Notes under the pieces: model-generated | Seen by the model: only the letters and a program-made list of their open reading frames with translations | Told to the model about the DNA's origin: nothing | Database searches by the model: none | NCBI GenBank assembly: GCA_031361295.1 | Contig: JANMCN010000276.1 | Span: 771 to 64,770, forward strand | Length of the DNA: 64,000 nucleotides | DNA from: Acidobacteriota bacterium | GTDB taxonomy: Bacteria; Acidobacteriota; Vicinamibacteria; Vicinamibacterales; 2-12-FULL-66-21 | Reading direction: 5' to 3' | Made by a program: the position numbers and the translations under genes | Part shown: one piece after another, positions 44,443 through 53,173 of the stretch | How positions within the stretch are numbered: the stretch's first letter is position 1 | Layout of the letters: each line of letters begins with the position of its first letter

Positions 44443-44877
44443 TCACCGTGGTTTCTGCTCGTAGTTGATGAGGATCACGAGGTTCTCCACCCCGACCTGC
44501 TTGAGGCCATGTGAGCTGCCTGGCCGCGTCAGCACCGCCGTCCCCGGTCCGACGTCGAAGCCCTTGCCGTCGATCGTCATGAGTCCGTGCCCACTGAGGA
44601 CGTAGTAGATTTCGTCTTCCGTCTGTTCGTGGTACCCGATCCCGGAGCCCGGCTTGAGCGCGCGCTTCCTGAACACGAGGCCGAGCCCCGGCGTCTGCCG
44701 GAAGAAGGAATAGCCGATGGTTTCTCCGCCGCCGTTGTGGGTACCCGGTTCGGCCGCCGCGACGTCCGCGTCGCGCTCGATCACGTAGCCGCCCGGCACG
44801 GGTTTCCTGGGGGCTGCCTGCCCCCACCCGCCGCAGCACACCAGCCCGATCAACAACACTGCATAACGCTTCGCCAT
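44443..44877 (-). CDS. secreted cupin domain protein
   Basis: ATG 44877 follows AGGAGG. The signal peptide is 'MAKRYAVLLIGLVCCGGWGQAAP'. Cupin motifs are 'GIGYHEQTEDEIYYVLSGHG' and 'GSSHGLKQVG'. Confidence 0.8.
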   Translation of the reverse strand: MAKRYAVLLIGLVCCGGWGQAAPRKPVPGGYVIERDADVAAAEPGTHNGGGETIGYSFFRQTPGLGLVFRKRALKPGSGIGYHEQTEDEIYYVLSGHGLMTIDGKGFDVGPGTAVLTRPGSSHGLKQVGVENLVILINYEQKPR

Positions 44878-44947
44878 GAGGTCCTCCTGAGACACCGCAT
44901 GATAGGCCGGATGGCGCCGTCGATCGGGCGCGCCCTGTCGCCCGCGT

Positions 44948-46090
44948 TCAGGCGACGAGAGGGCGGATGGACGTTGCGCCGCCGCAGGACTTCCGGACGA
45001 TGAGGGGAGTGTGGAGCAGGATGTCGCGCGGCGGGAGTTCAGGGCGGGTGAGACGCTCGAGCATCGCGGCCATGGCCGCGATGCCAATCTCGCGGCAGGG
45101 CTGCCGGAGCGTCGTCAGAGGCACCGGCAGCAGACTCGCGTACTGGACATCGTCGATGCCGGCTATACGCACATCGCCGGGGATGGCGTGGCCGAGCGTC
45201 AGCAGCGTGTGCATCACCAGCCCGGCGGTGTGATCGTTCGCGCAGACAATCCCGTCTGGCGCGGCGTCCTGCATGAGACGCGCCACGGCGTGCGGGTCCG
45301 AGGGATCGAACTCCACGCTCGACGCGTCGTCCACCGGGATGCCGTACGCGTGCAGGGCTTCGCGGTAGCCGGCCCTGCGCGCGTCAACGGTGGACGCGGC
45401 GTTGGCGAGGCTCACAAAGGCGAGGCGGCGGGCGGCAAGGCGCAACAGGTGTTCGGTAATCTGGTACCCCGCACGGCGGTTGTCGATGCCCACGAGGTCG
45501 TGGTGTTCGCGCTGCCCGTAGGGCAATGTCGGGCGATCGAGCAGCACAATCGGAATGCCCGCGGCCTCGAGCGCAGCGGAGATTTGCGCGTTCACCTGGT
45601 CTTTGTTCGGCGTGAGCTCGAGCGGAGCGAAGAAGACGCCCGCAACCTGCCGCTCGATGTACTGCGCGCAACGCTCCCAGGCGGCGTCCTCTTTCTGGGC
45701 GGGGGACAGATCCGAGGCGCCGCCCGGCAGCAGGAACGCATGATCCCGTGCGGCCGGCGCCCCTGTAAGGTGTCGCACGATCGGCTCGAGGATCTCGGTG
45801 TCTGCCAGGTCGGGGATGAGCAACCCGAATGCAGCCCGGCCCGCCACCGCGTGCTGGCGCCCGCGGCGCACGTAGGTGCCGGAGCCGGCGCGCCGTTCGA
45901 TCAGCCCTTCGTGCTGGAGATCGCGCAGGGCCCTCCCGATCGTGATTCGGGACGCGCCGAACGTCTTGACGAGATCCGCCTCGCTCGGCAAACGGTGTCC
46001 TGACGCAAATGTTCCCGCCGCGATGTCCGCGCGAAGCGCGTTGTAGACCTGCCGGTGCTTTGGGAGCGGGCCCGTCGTGGAACCTGACAT
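44948..46090 (-). CDS. GntR-family regulator of the AraR subfamily (GntR wHTH + LacI/PBP1-type sugar-binding domain)
   Basis: The N-terminus is 'KHRQVYNALRADIAAGTFASGHRLPSEADLVKTFGASRITIGRALRDLQHEGLIERRAGSGTYV'. The C-terminal LacI-like core contains 'IPIVLLDR', 'DGIVCANDHTA' and 'IAGIDDV'. Confidence 0.85.
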   Translation of the reverse strand: MSGSTTGPLPKHRQVYNALRADIAAGTFASGHRLPSEADLVKTFGASRITIGRALRDLQHEGLIERRAGSGTYVRRGRQHAVAGRAAFGLLIPDLADTEILEPIVRHLTGAPAARDHAFLLPGGASDLSPAQKEDAAWERCAQYIERQVAGVFFAPLELTPNKDQVNAQISAALEAAGIPIVLLDRPTLPYGQREHHDLVGIDNRRAGYQITEHLLRLAARRLAFVSLANAASTVDARRAGYREALHAYGIPVDDASSVEFDPSDPHAVARLMQDAAPDGIVCANDHTAGLVMHTLLTLGHAIPGDVRIAGIDDVQYASLLPVPLTTLRQPCREIGIAAMAAMLERLTRPELPPRDILLHTPLIVRKSCGGATSIRPLVA

Positions 46091-46096
46091 GTCAAG

Positions 46097-46107
46097 ATGA
46101 TATAACA
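46097..46107. promoter_or_regulatory. left copy of mirrored 11-nt element ATGATATAACA
   Basis: It is the perfect reverse complement of 46212-46222. It ends 6 nt from the regulator's ATG (46090). Confidence 0.5.
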
Positions 46108-46121
46108 ACCGGGTAAAATCC

Positions 46122-46137
46122 ACGACACAAATGTCGT
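46122..46137. promoter_or_regulatory. perfect palindrome ACGACA-caaa-TGTCGT (operator candidate)
   Basis: 6+4+6 dyad inside the AT-rich 138-bp divergent spacer. It has a TGT-N-ACA-type core, as in GntR/AraR-family operators. Confidence 0.45.
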
Positions 46138-46193
46138 AAAATATCGACTATTATTACCAAATTCGTGTGAGTCTGCCAGCCTGACGAGCTCGA

Positions 46194-46222
46194 TTGACCT
46201 GAGCCTAAAGCTGTTATATCAT
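46194..46222 (+). promoter_or_regulatory. candidate sigma70-type promoter overlapping the right copy of the mirrored element
   Basis: TTGACC (46194-99), 15 nt, then the extended -10 TGtTATATC (46212-20). The predicted TSS is about at ATG 46229, giving a leaderless or near-leaderless mRNA. Confidence 0.35.
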
Positions 46223-46228
46223 TAGGCC

Positions 46229-47065
46229 ATGGCATTTATCGCGACTCCGGAGCCGGGCCGGCATTTCCTGGTGGCTTCGGACTTTGATCAGACTCTGAGT
46301 TTCAATGATTCCGGGATCGTCCTGGCTGAGCGGATGGGCGTGCCGGCGTTCGCCGCCAAAGTCGAGGGGCTGAGGCGCAGCAATCTCGTGCACCAGGGTG
46401 GCGAGCTCGCCTACCTGATCCGTCACGATCCCGAGTTTCGCAGCGTCCGGCGTGAGCACCTGGTCGAGGCAGGTCGGGGCGTTCGCCTCAAGAACCACAT
46501 CCCGGAGCTCGTCGACTTCCTGTCGAACGGAATCGAGGGATACCGTTTTTCCTTCTACGTGATCTCGGCGGCGCCGCGCGAGGTCATCGAATCCGCACTC
46601 GAGGGAATCGTGCCGCCGGAACACATCTTCGGCACCGAGTTCGACTACGACGACCTGTCCGGCGAAATCCGTTCGGTCCGCCAGGTGCCTGCCGGGTACG
46701 GCAAGGTCGAGGTGCTCGAGGGCATCGAGCGGCGCCTGGCCATCAGTCCCGAACGGACGGTGTACGTCGGCGACGGCAGCTCCGATGTGCACGTCATGCT
46801 GCACGTCAACAACCGCGACGGCTTCACCATCGCGGTGTCCGAGAACCAGCTCCTGTCGCGTATCGCGCAGCGCACGGTTCTCAGCGACAGCGCGCTCAGC
46901 GTCCTCGTGCCCATCCTGCGGCGGATCGGCTGGCGTTCGGCGGCGATTCGCGCGGTGTTCGAGTCGTTCGGGCTCCCGCTTCGCGAGTGGGAACGGGTGC
47001 GGACCGACTGGTTGACGATTGGGGATCCCCATCCGGGCGGGGACATCTCCGGCGCCGGACTCTGA
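46229..47065 (+). CDS. HAD-IB family hydrolase (phosphoserine-phosphatase-like)
   Basis: Motif I is '[14 protein letters not shown]'. '[10 protein letters not shown]' and motif IV '[12 protein letters not shown]' are also present. Confidence 0.8.
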   Translation: MAFIATPEPGRHFLVASDFDQTLSFNDSGIVLAERMGVPAFAAKVEGLRRSNLVHQGGELAYLIRHDPEFRSVRREHLVEAGRGVRLKNHIPELVDFLSNGIEGYRFSFYVISAAPREVIESALEGIVPPEHIFGTEFDYDDLSGEIRSVRQVPAGYGKVEVLEGIERRLAISPERTVYVGDGSSDVHVMLHVNNRDGFTIAVSENQLLSRIAQRTVLSDSALSVLVPILRRIGWRSAAIRAVFESFGLPLREWERVRTDWLTIGDPHPGGDISGAGL

Positions 47066-47104
47066 GCGCACGCCCGAACGGGCGCATTCGAAAGCAGGAA
47101 ACCA

Positions 47105-47335
47105 ATGTCTGAGTGGCTCGGGTGGATCGCGACAGGTGTGTTCACGTCTTCTTACCTCTTCAAGCGGGCGGACACGCTCCGTCTCGTCCAGATGGTCGCG
47201 GCGTTGATGTGGATCGGCTACGGTGTGCTCGTCAGCGCCTACCCGGTCATCGTCGCCAACCTGCTCGTCTTCGGCGCCGCGGCTGCCGCCACCTGGTCCT
47301 CGTCGCGCAACGCTCGCCGCAACCTGAGCGCGTAA
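47105..47335 (+). CDS. small 3-TM membrane protein, SemiSWEET/PQ-loop-like (tentative)
   Basis: 76 aa. 'LMWIGYGVLVSAYPVIVANLLVF' resembles the TM2-TM3 'W..YG......P....N' pattern of SemiSWEETs. TM1 lacks the PQ dipeptide. Confidence 0.4.
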   Translation: MSEWLGWIATGVFTSSYLFKRADTLRLVQMVAALMWIGYGVLVSAYPVIVANLLVFGAAAAATWSSSRNARRNLSA

Positions 47336-47417
47336 ATCCCCGCGGCTGTAACGTTCTGGCGGTTTCGCTGCAGTACCTTCCGAGGCGGGCCACCTTGCGC
47401 CTCCTCAGGAGGACATC

Positions 47418-48383
47418 ATGAGAGTTCGGACGACTGCGTGTTTCACGGCGATAGCCCTGCTGGCCGCCGCCATGGCTTCAGTTCCGGCGGCGGCTCAGGC
47501 GCCCTTCGCGCGCATCGTGGTCTTTGGAGCCAGCTTGTCTGACTCCGGGAACGCCTTCGCGCTGCGAGGAGGGACGAACACCCCACCCGACTACCTGCTG
47601 GATCCGCTGCTCGTGCCCAGTGCCCCGTACGCCAGGGGCGGGCACCACTTCAGCAATGGAGCCACATGGATCGAGCAGTTCGCACGCTCGAGGGGTCTTG
47701 CCGGCAGTGTGCGGCCCGCATTCGCCGCGTCGGACCCCAATGCGACGAACTACGCGGTCGGCGGCGCGCGGGCGTACGAGGACGGCATCAACATCAATCT
47801 GGCGGCGCAGGTAGACGCGTTTCTTGGCCAGGTTGGCGGCGTCGCCCCGTCCGATGCGCTGTACACCATCGAAATGGGCGGCAATGACATCCGCGATGCG
47901 CTGGTTGCCTTCTCGGAAGGCCGCGATGGCGCCGCCATCCTCCAGGCGGCGAATGTATCAATCGCCCGCAGCATCGGAGCGCTGTACGCGGCGGGGGCGC
48001 GGACGTTCCTCGTGTGGCGCGCCCCGGACGTCGGGCTGACGCCGGCAATACACACGCTCGACACGTTCAACCCCGGCGCGGCCCACCTGGCCACGGTGTT
48101 GACTCAGGGCTTCAACGCCGGGCTCGATGGCGTCGTCAGCCGGCTTTCAGGAATTCCCGGAATCAGGATCACGCGGCTCGACGCGTACCGCCTGCTCCAC
48201 GATCTCGTCGCCGATCCGGCGGCGTATGGTCTCACCGATACGGTGAGCGCCTGCGTCACGCCCAACATTCCCCCGTTCACCTGCGATCGTCCCGACACGT
48301 TTCTCTTTTGGGACGGCATTCATCCGACCAAGGCCGTCCACGCGATCATCGCCAACGAAGCGGCATCCGCGCTGACGCGCTGA
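47418..48383 (+). CDS. SGNH/GDSL hydrolase family lipase/esterase, secreted
   Basis: AGGAGGA RBS. The signal peptide is 'CFTAIALLAAAMASVPAAAQA'. Block I is 'IVVFGASLSDSGNAF', block III is 'GGND' and block V is 'FLFWDGIHPT'. Confidence 0.88.
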   Translation: MRVRTTACFTAIALLAAAMASVPAAAQAPFARIVVFGASLSDSGNAFALRGGTNTPPDYLLDPLLVPSAPYARGGHHFSNGATWIEQFARSRGLAGSVRPAFAASDPNATNYAVGGARAYEDGININLAAQVDAFLGQVGGVAPSDALYTIEMGGNDIRDALVAFSEGRDGAAILQAANVSIARSIGALYAAGARTFLVWRAPDVGLTPAIHTLDTFNPGAAHLATVLTQGFNAGLDGVVSRLSGIPGIRITRLDAYRLLHDLVADPAAYGLTDTVSACVTPNIPPFTCDRPDTFLFWDGIHPTKAVHAIIANEAASALTR

Positions 48384-48395
48384 GCTGATGCCTTG

Positions 48396-48428
48396 GCAGG
48401 AGTGGTGGCGTCGGGGCCGCCCTCCTGC
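48396..48428 (+). terminator. hairpin after the SGNH gene
   Basis: GCAGGAG (48396-402) pairs with CTCCTGC (48422-28). It lies 13 nt after the stop. There is no U-tract. Confidence 0.3.
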
Positions 48429-48518
48429 TAAACGTCAGCCCGCCTGGTCGGCGCAGGTCAGAGGCAAGCCTGAGGCCCGGCGAGCGCTAATCTGGTGAGA
48501 ACGCCGCGCCGGCACCTA

Positions 48519-48524
48519 TATAAT
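48519..48524 (+). promoter_or_regulatory. candidate -10 box (perfect TATAAT, within TATATAAT) for the Ser/Thr kinase gene
   Basis: The box ends 17 nt before GTG 48542. There is no SD in between. Confidence 0.35.
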
Positions 48525-48541
48525 GAGCGCCGATTTCCATT

Positions 48542-50941
48542 GTGACCTTATCGGTCGGGACCGCAATCGGCCCGTACGAGGTCGGCGCCCTCCTTGGCGT
48601 CGGAGGCATGGGTGAGGTCTATCGAGCCGTTGACAGTCGGCTGGGTCGCGCGGTCGCGCTGAAGATTCTTCCGGCACATCTATCCGACGATCCCGGCAGA
48701 CGGCAACGTTTCGATCGGGAGGCGCGGACGATCTCCAGCCTTAACCATCCGCACATCTGCCGGGTTTACGATGTCGGCCACCAGGATGACCTGAGCTACA
48801 TCGTCATGGAGTTTCTCGAGGGGGAGACGCTCGAAGCTCGCCTCCGTCGCGGTCCTCTCGCTCTGAGGGAGAGCTTGAAGTACGCGGTGCAGATTGGCGA
48901 CGCGCTCGATCAGGCCCACCGGCACGGGATCGTTCACCGGGACCTGAAACCGGGAAACATCATGCTCACGGCTGCCGGCGCGATACTGCTGGATTTCGGC
49001 CTTGCGAAATCGTCGCTGCCGGGACTGCTGGCGACGAGGTCGCGAAGTTATGAGCCGCACGTGTCCCTTACAGCAGAAGGCACATTCGCCGGGACGCCGG
49101 CATACATGGCTCCCGAGCGGTTCCAAGGCCACGAGGCTGACGCAGGCGCTGACGTGTTCGCCTTCGGCGCAGTGCTCTTCGAGATGCTCACCCATCGGCG
49201 TGCGTTCGACGGCGCGACCGATGCAGAGGTCATGGCGGCCGTGATGACGTCCACGCCTCCGCGGGTGTCCGAGCTCCGCCCCGACGCGCCCCGCGCGCTC
49301 GATCAGCTCGTGGATCGGTGCCTGTCCAGAGATCCCGACGATCGGTGGCAGACGACCCGCGATCTGGTCAGCCAGTTGAAATGGATTGGCGAGCCGGAGC
49401 CGACGCGCGGCGGCCAGTGGGCACGCTGGTCGCGGGGGAACCTGCTGCGTCTCGGCATCACAGCTGGTGTGCTCGGAGCGCTGCTGACTGGCGCAAGCGT
49501 TGCGTGGAAGATGGGCAGCGGCGCGATCGACTCCATTGCGGTCCTTCCGCTCCAGAACGTCGGGGGCGATCCCGAGATGGAGTATCTCAGCGACGGCCTC
49601 ACCGAGAGCGTCATCCGTGCCTTGTCGCCGCTTCCAGCGATGAAGGTGATGTCGGGCGCGTCGGTCGCGCGGTACAAGGGGCAGAAGGCTGATCCCCGGA
49701 CTGTCGCACAACTGTTGGATGTCCGCGCGGTCCTCGTTGGGAGCGTCACGCGACACGACAGCGAACTGTCCATCAGCGTCGAGGTGGTGGACGGGCGCGA
49801 CAATCGACAGATATGGAGTGAGCATTACAGCCGGCCGCTCGCGGAGATCTTCGGCATTCAAGAAGACATTGCCAGGGAAATCGCCGAGAAGCTCCGCCTG
49901 CACCTCTCGGGAGCCGACCAGCAGCGGCTGGTGAAGCGCTTCACCGAGAGCACCGACGCGTACGAGCTGTATCTGAAAGGACGGTATTACTGGAACCGGC
50001 GCACCCCGCAGGATCTGCTGCGAAGCCTCAGGTTTTTCAAGGAGGCGATCGCGAAGGACCCCGACTACGCCCTCGCCTATGCGGGTCTTGCGGATGCTTA
50101 CGATCTGATCGGCTCGGCCGGCTACGACGTCCTGCCGCCGCTGGACGTCCTGCCGAAAGCCAAAGCCGCCGCGGTCCAGGCTCTGCGGCTCGACGACCAG
50201 CTCGCGGAAGCGCACGCCGCAATGGGCTTCATCCTGCGTTACGAATGGAACCGCCCCGCTGCGGAGCGGGAACATCGCCGCTCCGTCGAGCTCGATCCCA
50301 ACTACGCGACGGGCCGGCAGTGGCTGGCGAGCCAGTTGTGGACAGAGGGACGCTTCGAGGAAGCGCTGGGTCAGCTGAAGGAAGCGCAGACGCTCGATCC
50401 CTTGTCTTCGCTGATCAGCATGAACCTGGGCCGGCACTTTTACTACGCGCGCGATTACGATCGCGCCCTCGAGGCTTTCAAGAAGGCGCTGATCCTGGAC
50501 GATCGTAACGTCGCTGCCGGACAGATGGTCGCTCTGACCTGCATTGCCAAAGGGCAACCCGACGCGGCGCTCTCGCAGCTACGGCGATCGCCTGCACCGC
50601 CCGGCGCGTGGCTGGCTGTGCTCGGCTATGTCAGCGCTGTGACTGGGGATTCTGACGGAGCCCACAACGTGATCGCCGAGCTGACGGCCCTCTCCAGCCA
50701 TCGCTATATTCCCGCCTATGCTTTTGCGACGGTGTACGCAGGGCTGGGTGACACGGACAAGGCATTCCAGTACCTGGCGCGCGCGCGTGACGAACGATCG
50801 GCGTATCTCGATTACCTCAACGTGGAGCCAACGCTCGACGGCCTCCGCGACGATCCGAGATTCAGCGACCTGCTTCGACACGTCAACCTTCCGGTTCCTG
50901 CCATCCCGAAGCCGCATGCCCATGCACGTCCCCCCTCCTGA
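48542..50941 (+). CDS. Ser/Thr protein kinase with TM segment, periplasmic domain and C-terminal TPR repeats
   Basis: Hanks kinase motifs are 'LGVGGMGEVYRA', 'VALKIL', 'HRDLKPGNIML', 'DFGLAK' and 'GTPAYMAPE'. A TM segment 'LRLGITAGVLGALLTGASVAW' follows. TPR-like repeats ('YELYLKGRYYWN', 'YAGLADAY') are also present. Confidence 0.92.
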   Translation: MTLSVGTAIGPYEVGALLGVGGMGEVYRAVDSRLGRAVALKILPAHLSDDPGRRQRFDREARTISSLNHPHICRVYDVGHQDDLSYIVMEFLEGETLEARLRRGPLALRESLKYAVQIGDALDQAHRHGIVHRDLKPGNIMLTAAGAILLDFGLAKSSLPGLLATRSRSYEPHVSLTAEGTFAGTPAYMAPERFQGHEADAGADVFAFGAVLFEMLTHRRAFDGATDAEVMAAVMTSTPPRVSELRPDAPRALDQLVDRCLSRDPDDRWQTTRDLVSQLKWIGEPEPTRGGQWARWSRGNLLRLGITAGVLGALLTGASVAWKMGSGAIDSIAVLPLQNVGGDPEMEYLSDGLTESVIRALSPLPAMKVMSGASVARYKGQKADPRTVAQLLDVRAVLVGSVTRHDSELSISVEVVDGRDNRQIWSEHYSRPLAEIFGIQEDIAREIAEKLRLHLSGADQQRLVKRFTESTDAYELYLKGRYYWNRRTPQDLLRSLRFFKEAIAKDPDYALAYAGLADAYDLIGSAGYDVLPPLDVLPKAKAAAVQALRLDDQLAEAHAAMGFILRYEWNRPAAEREHRRSVELDPNYATGRQWLASQLWTEGRFEEALGQLKEAQTLDPLSSLISMNLGRHFYYARDYDRALEAFKKALILDDRNVAAGQMVALTCIAKGQPDAALSQLRRSPAPPGAWLAVLGYVSAVTGDSDGAHNVIAELTALSSHRYIPAYAFATVYAGLGDTDKAFQYLARARDERSAYLDYLNVEPTLDGLRDDPRFSDLLRHVNLPVPAIPKPHAHARPPS

Positions 50942-51596
50942 GTTGAGTGGCGCGGCAGCGGTGTCACGCCGGGGTTTCCTCGGGTGCTGTTCGGCGCTCG
51001 CTCTGGCGTACTCGGGTTGCGCCCGGTTGTCGCCACACACACGGTCCGCGTATACCCTCATTGCCGATCCACCGCTCGAGCAGTACAAGCCGATCCTCGA
51101 CGGCCTTATCCGCTCGATTCTTCCCCTGGAGCGCTCCGGTTTCCCACCGTCGGCCGAGCAGGTTCGATCCCGTCTGCTGACGCTGTTCCGGCTCGAGGAC
51201 GACGCGCGATTTCTCGGACTGCAGAAGGCGCTCGTCCTGTTCGATCAGACGGATCTGTTCGCTCATCGCCTCGTGCCGGCGCAAGAGGAAGCCACAGCGC
51301 TCGATGCAGACGCGCGAGGGCTGGACATTCAAGCCGTCATCGCTCGGAGTCACGCGCTCGACATCGATCTGTATGATCGGTTCGTTCGGGGGCAGGAGGG
51401 CGCGCATCGCTTCACCAAGCTCGCCGTCGATCGGCAGCGCGAGTACCTCGGGCTGTGGCGTGCCAGCGGCTACCTGATCAAGCGACAGTTCTACGTCTCG
51501 GCCAGATCTCTCGTCATGATCTCCGCATATTCTATGGACCTGATGTGGCCGGCGATCCGGTATGGCGGACCACTCCTCCCCCGCAGCCGCACCTGA
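50916..51596 (+). CDS. Tat-signal small subunit, gluconate 2-dehydrogenase subunit 3-like
   Basis: The twin-arginine motif is 'VSRRGFLGCCSALALA'. Size is about 226 aa. The gene lies directly upstream of a GMC flavoprotein (stop 51596, ATG 51599). The start is uncertain (50916 or 50922) and overlaps the kinase 3' end. Confidence 0.55.
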   Translation: MPMHVPPPELSGAAAVSRRGFLGCCSALALAYSGCARLSPHTRSAYTLIADPPLEQYKPILDGLIRSILPLERSGFPPSAEQVRSRLLTLFRLEDDARFLGLQKALVLFDQTDLFAHRLVPAQEEATALDADARGLDIQAVIARSHALDIDLYDRFVRGQEGAHRFTKLAVDRQREYLGLWRASGYLIKRQFYVSARSLVMISAYSMDLMWPAIRYGGPLLPRSRT

Positions 51597-51598
51597 CC

Positions 51599-53173
51599 AT
51601 GCGGCTGCAATGCGACATCCTGATCGTCGGGTCCGGCGCCGGAGGAGGGGTGCTGGCCGCCACGCTCGCGGAACTGACCCACCGCACCATCATTCTCGTC
51701 GACAAGGGCCCACACTACACCGCTGATTTTTTCAATCAGCGCGAGTGGGACATGGGCGTCCTGTATGCCGAGCGCGGAGCGCGCTCGACGACGGATGGCG
51801 CCATTCCGGTGCGCGGCGGCGAGTGCGTCGGGGGCGGAACAACGGTCAACTATGCGCTTGCGATGAATCCCGTTCAGGCTGTCTGGACGCGATGGAGGCT
51901 TGAACGCGGATTGACCGGCTTCTCGTTCGAGGCGGATGCGTGCGATTACGGCATTCCCGGTCTCAATATGTCGGCCTGTCTCGCGGAGGTACGCGCGCGC
52001 ACCGGCGTGGCGGCGCCGCCCGAGAGTGCCATCAACGACAACAATCGCGTGCTGGAACGCGGCTGTCGCGCGCATGGCATTTCGACGAAGCGGTTCGAGC
52101 TCAACATGCGCGATTGCCTCGGGTGCGGATTCTGTGCCGAAGGGTGCGCGTACGATCGGAAGCAGGGAACGCTCATCACGTACGTCCCCGATGCAGTCAG
52201 TCACGGTGTGCGGCTGATCCATCACTGCGACATCCATCGCCTCACGTTCGCGCGGCGGCCGGGCGGCCTTGCGGTGACGGGCGCCACCGGCCGCGTGCGC
52301 CCCACCAGCACAGGATCTCGGCCGAACACCGTCGACGCAGGCAACGTCGACATCGTCGCGCCCCTGGTGGTCGTGTGCGCAGGGGCAATAGAAACGCCCG
52401 TGCTGCTGCAGCGGTCCGGACATCCGGATCCGGGCAGCCTGCTGGGCCGCGGCCTCATCCTGCACCCCGGCCTGCCGATCGTCGGCGTGATGGATGCGCC
52501 GCTGACGAATTACCGCGGGATCACGGGAACGATCTACAGCGACCATTTTTTTGAGACGCACGGCTTCTACTACGAGTGTCTCTTTGGTCATCCCGTGTAC
52601 GGTTCGCTGGTGCTGCCGCTGATCGGAGCGGAGCACTTCGATTTGATGCGGCAGTTCGACCGGATCGCCGGCTTCGGGGTGATGCTGGTGGACTCGCCAC
52701 AGCCGGTCAATCGTGTGGCGTGGCATGCGCCGTCCGGAACGCGCCGGATCATGTATCAGCTGTCTGACACCGATCGCGATCGGCTCCGCTTCGCGGCGCG
52801 GACCGGCGTCGAGATCATGTTCGCCGCGGGCGCGCGCGAGGTGCTGCTGTCGTCGACCGAATCGATCGGCCCATTATCCTCGCCTCGGTTCCGCACCCCT
52901 GCAGAAGCCGCCCACTGTGCGGCGCTCGCGTTCGGGCCGCATCAGACCACGGTGACGTCATCGCACTGCCAGGCCACGGTGAAGATGGGCGAAGACCCGA
53001 AGCGATCGATGATCGACTCGCGCGGCGAGTCGCACTACGTCCGCAATCTCCTGGTCTGCGACAGTTCCGCCTTTCCGGACTCATGCGGCGCCAACCCGAT
53101 GCTCTCGATCATGACGATGGCACGGTACCAGGGGCGGCGGATCGCGGGTGAACTGGCCCGATATGAACGCTGA
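51599..53173 (+). CDS. GMC family FAD-dependent oxidoreductase
   Basis: The FAD-binding motif is 'DILIVGSGAGGGVLAATLA'. 'GGTTVNYA', the Cys cluster 'CLGCGFCAEGC' and the C-terminal 'VCDSSAFPDSCGANPMLSIMTMA' are also present. Confidence 0.9.
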   Translation: MRLQCDILIVGSGAGGGVLAATLAELTHRTIILVDKGPHYTADFFNQREWDMGVLYAERGARSTTDGAIPVRGGECVGGGTTVNYALAMNPVQAVWTRWRLERGLTGFSFEADACDYGIPGLNMSACLAEVRARTGVAAPPESAINDNNRVLERGCRAHGISTKRFELNMRDCLGCGFCAEGCAYDRKQGTLITYVPDAVSHGVRLIHHCDIHRLTFARRPGGLAVTGATGRVRPTSTGSRPNTVDAGNVDIVAPLVVVCAGAIETPVLLQRSGHPDPGSLLGRGLILHPGLPIVGVMDAPLTNYRGITGTIYSDHFFETHGFYYECLFGHPVYGSLVLPLIGAEHFDLMRQFDRIAGFGVMLVDSPQPVNRVAWHAPSGTRRIMYQLSDTDRDRLRFAARTGVEIMFAAGAREVLLSSTESIGPLSSPRFRTPAEAAHCAALAFGPHQTTVTSSHCQATVKMGEDPKRSMIDSRGESHYVRNLLVCDSSAFPDSCGANPMLSIMTMARYQGRRIAGELARYER

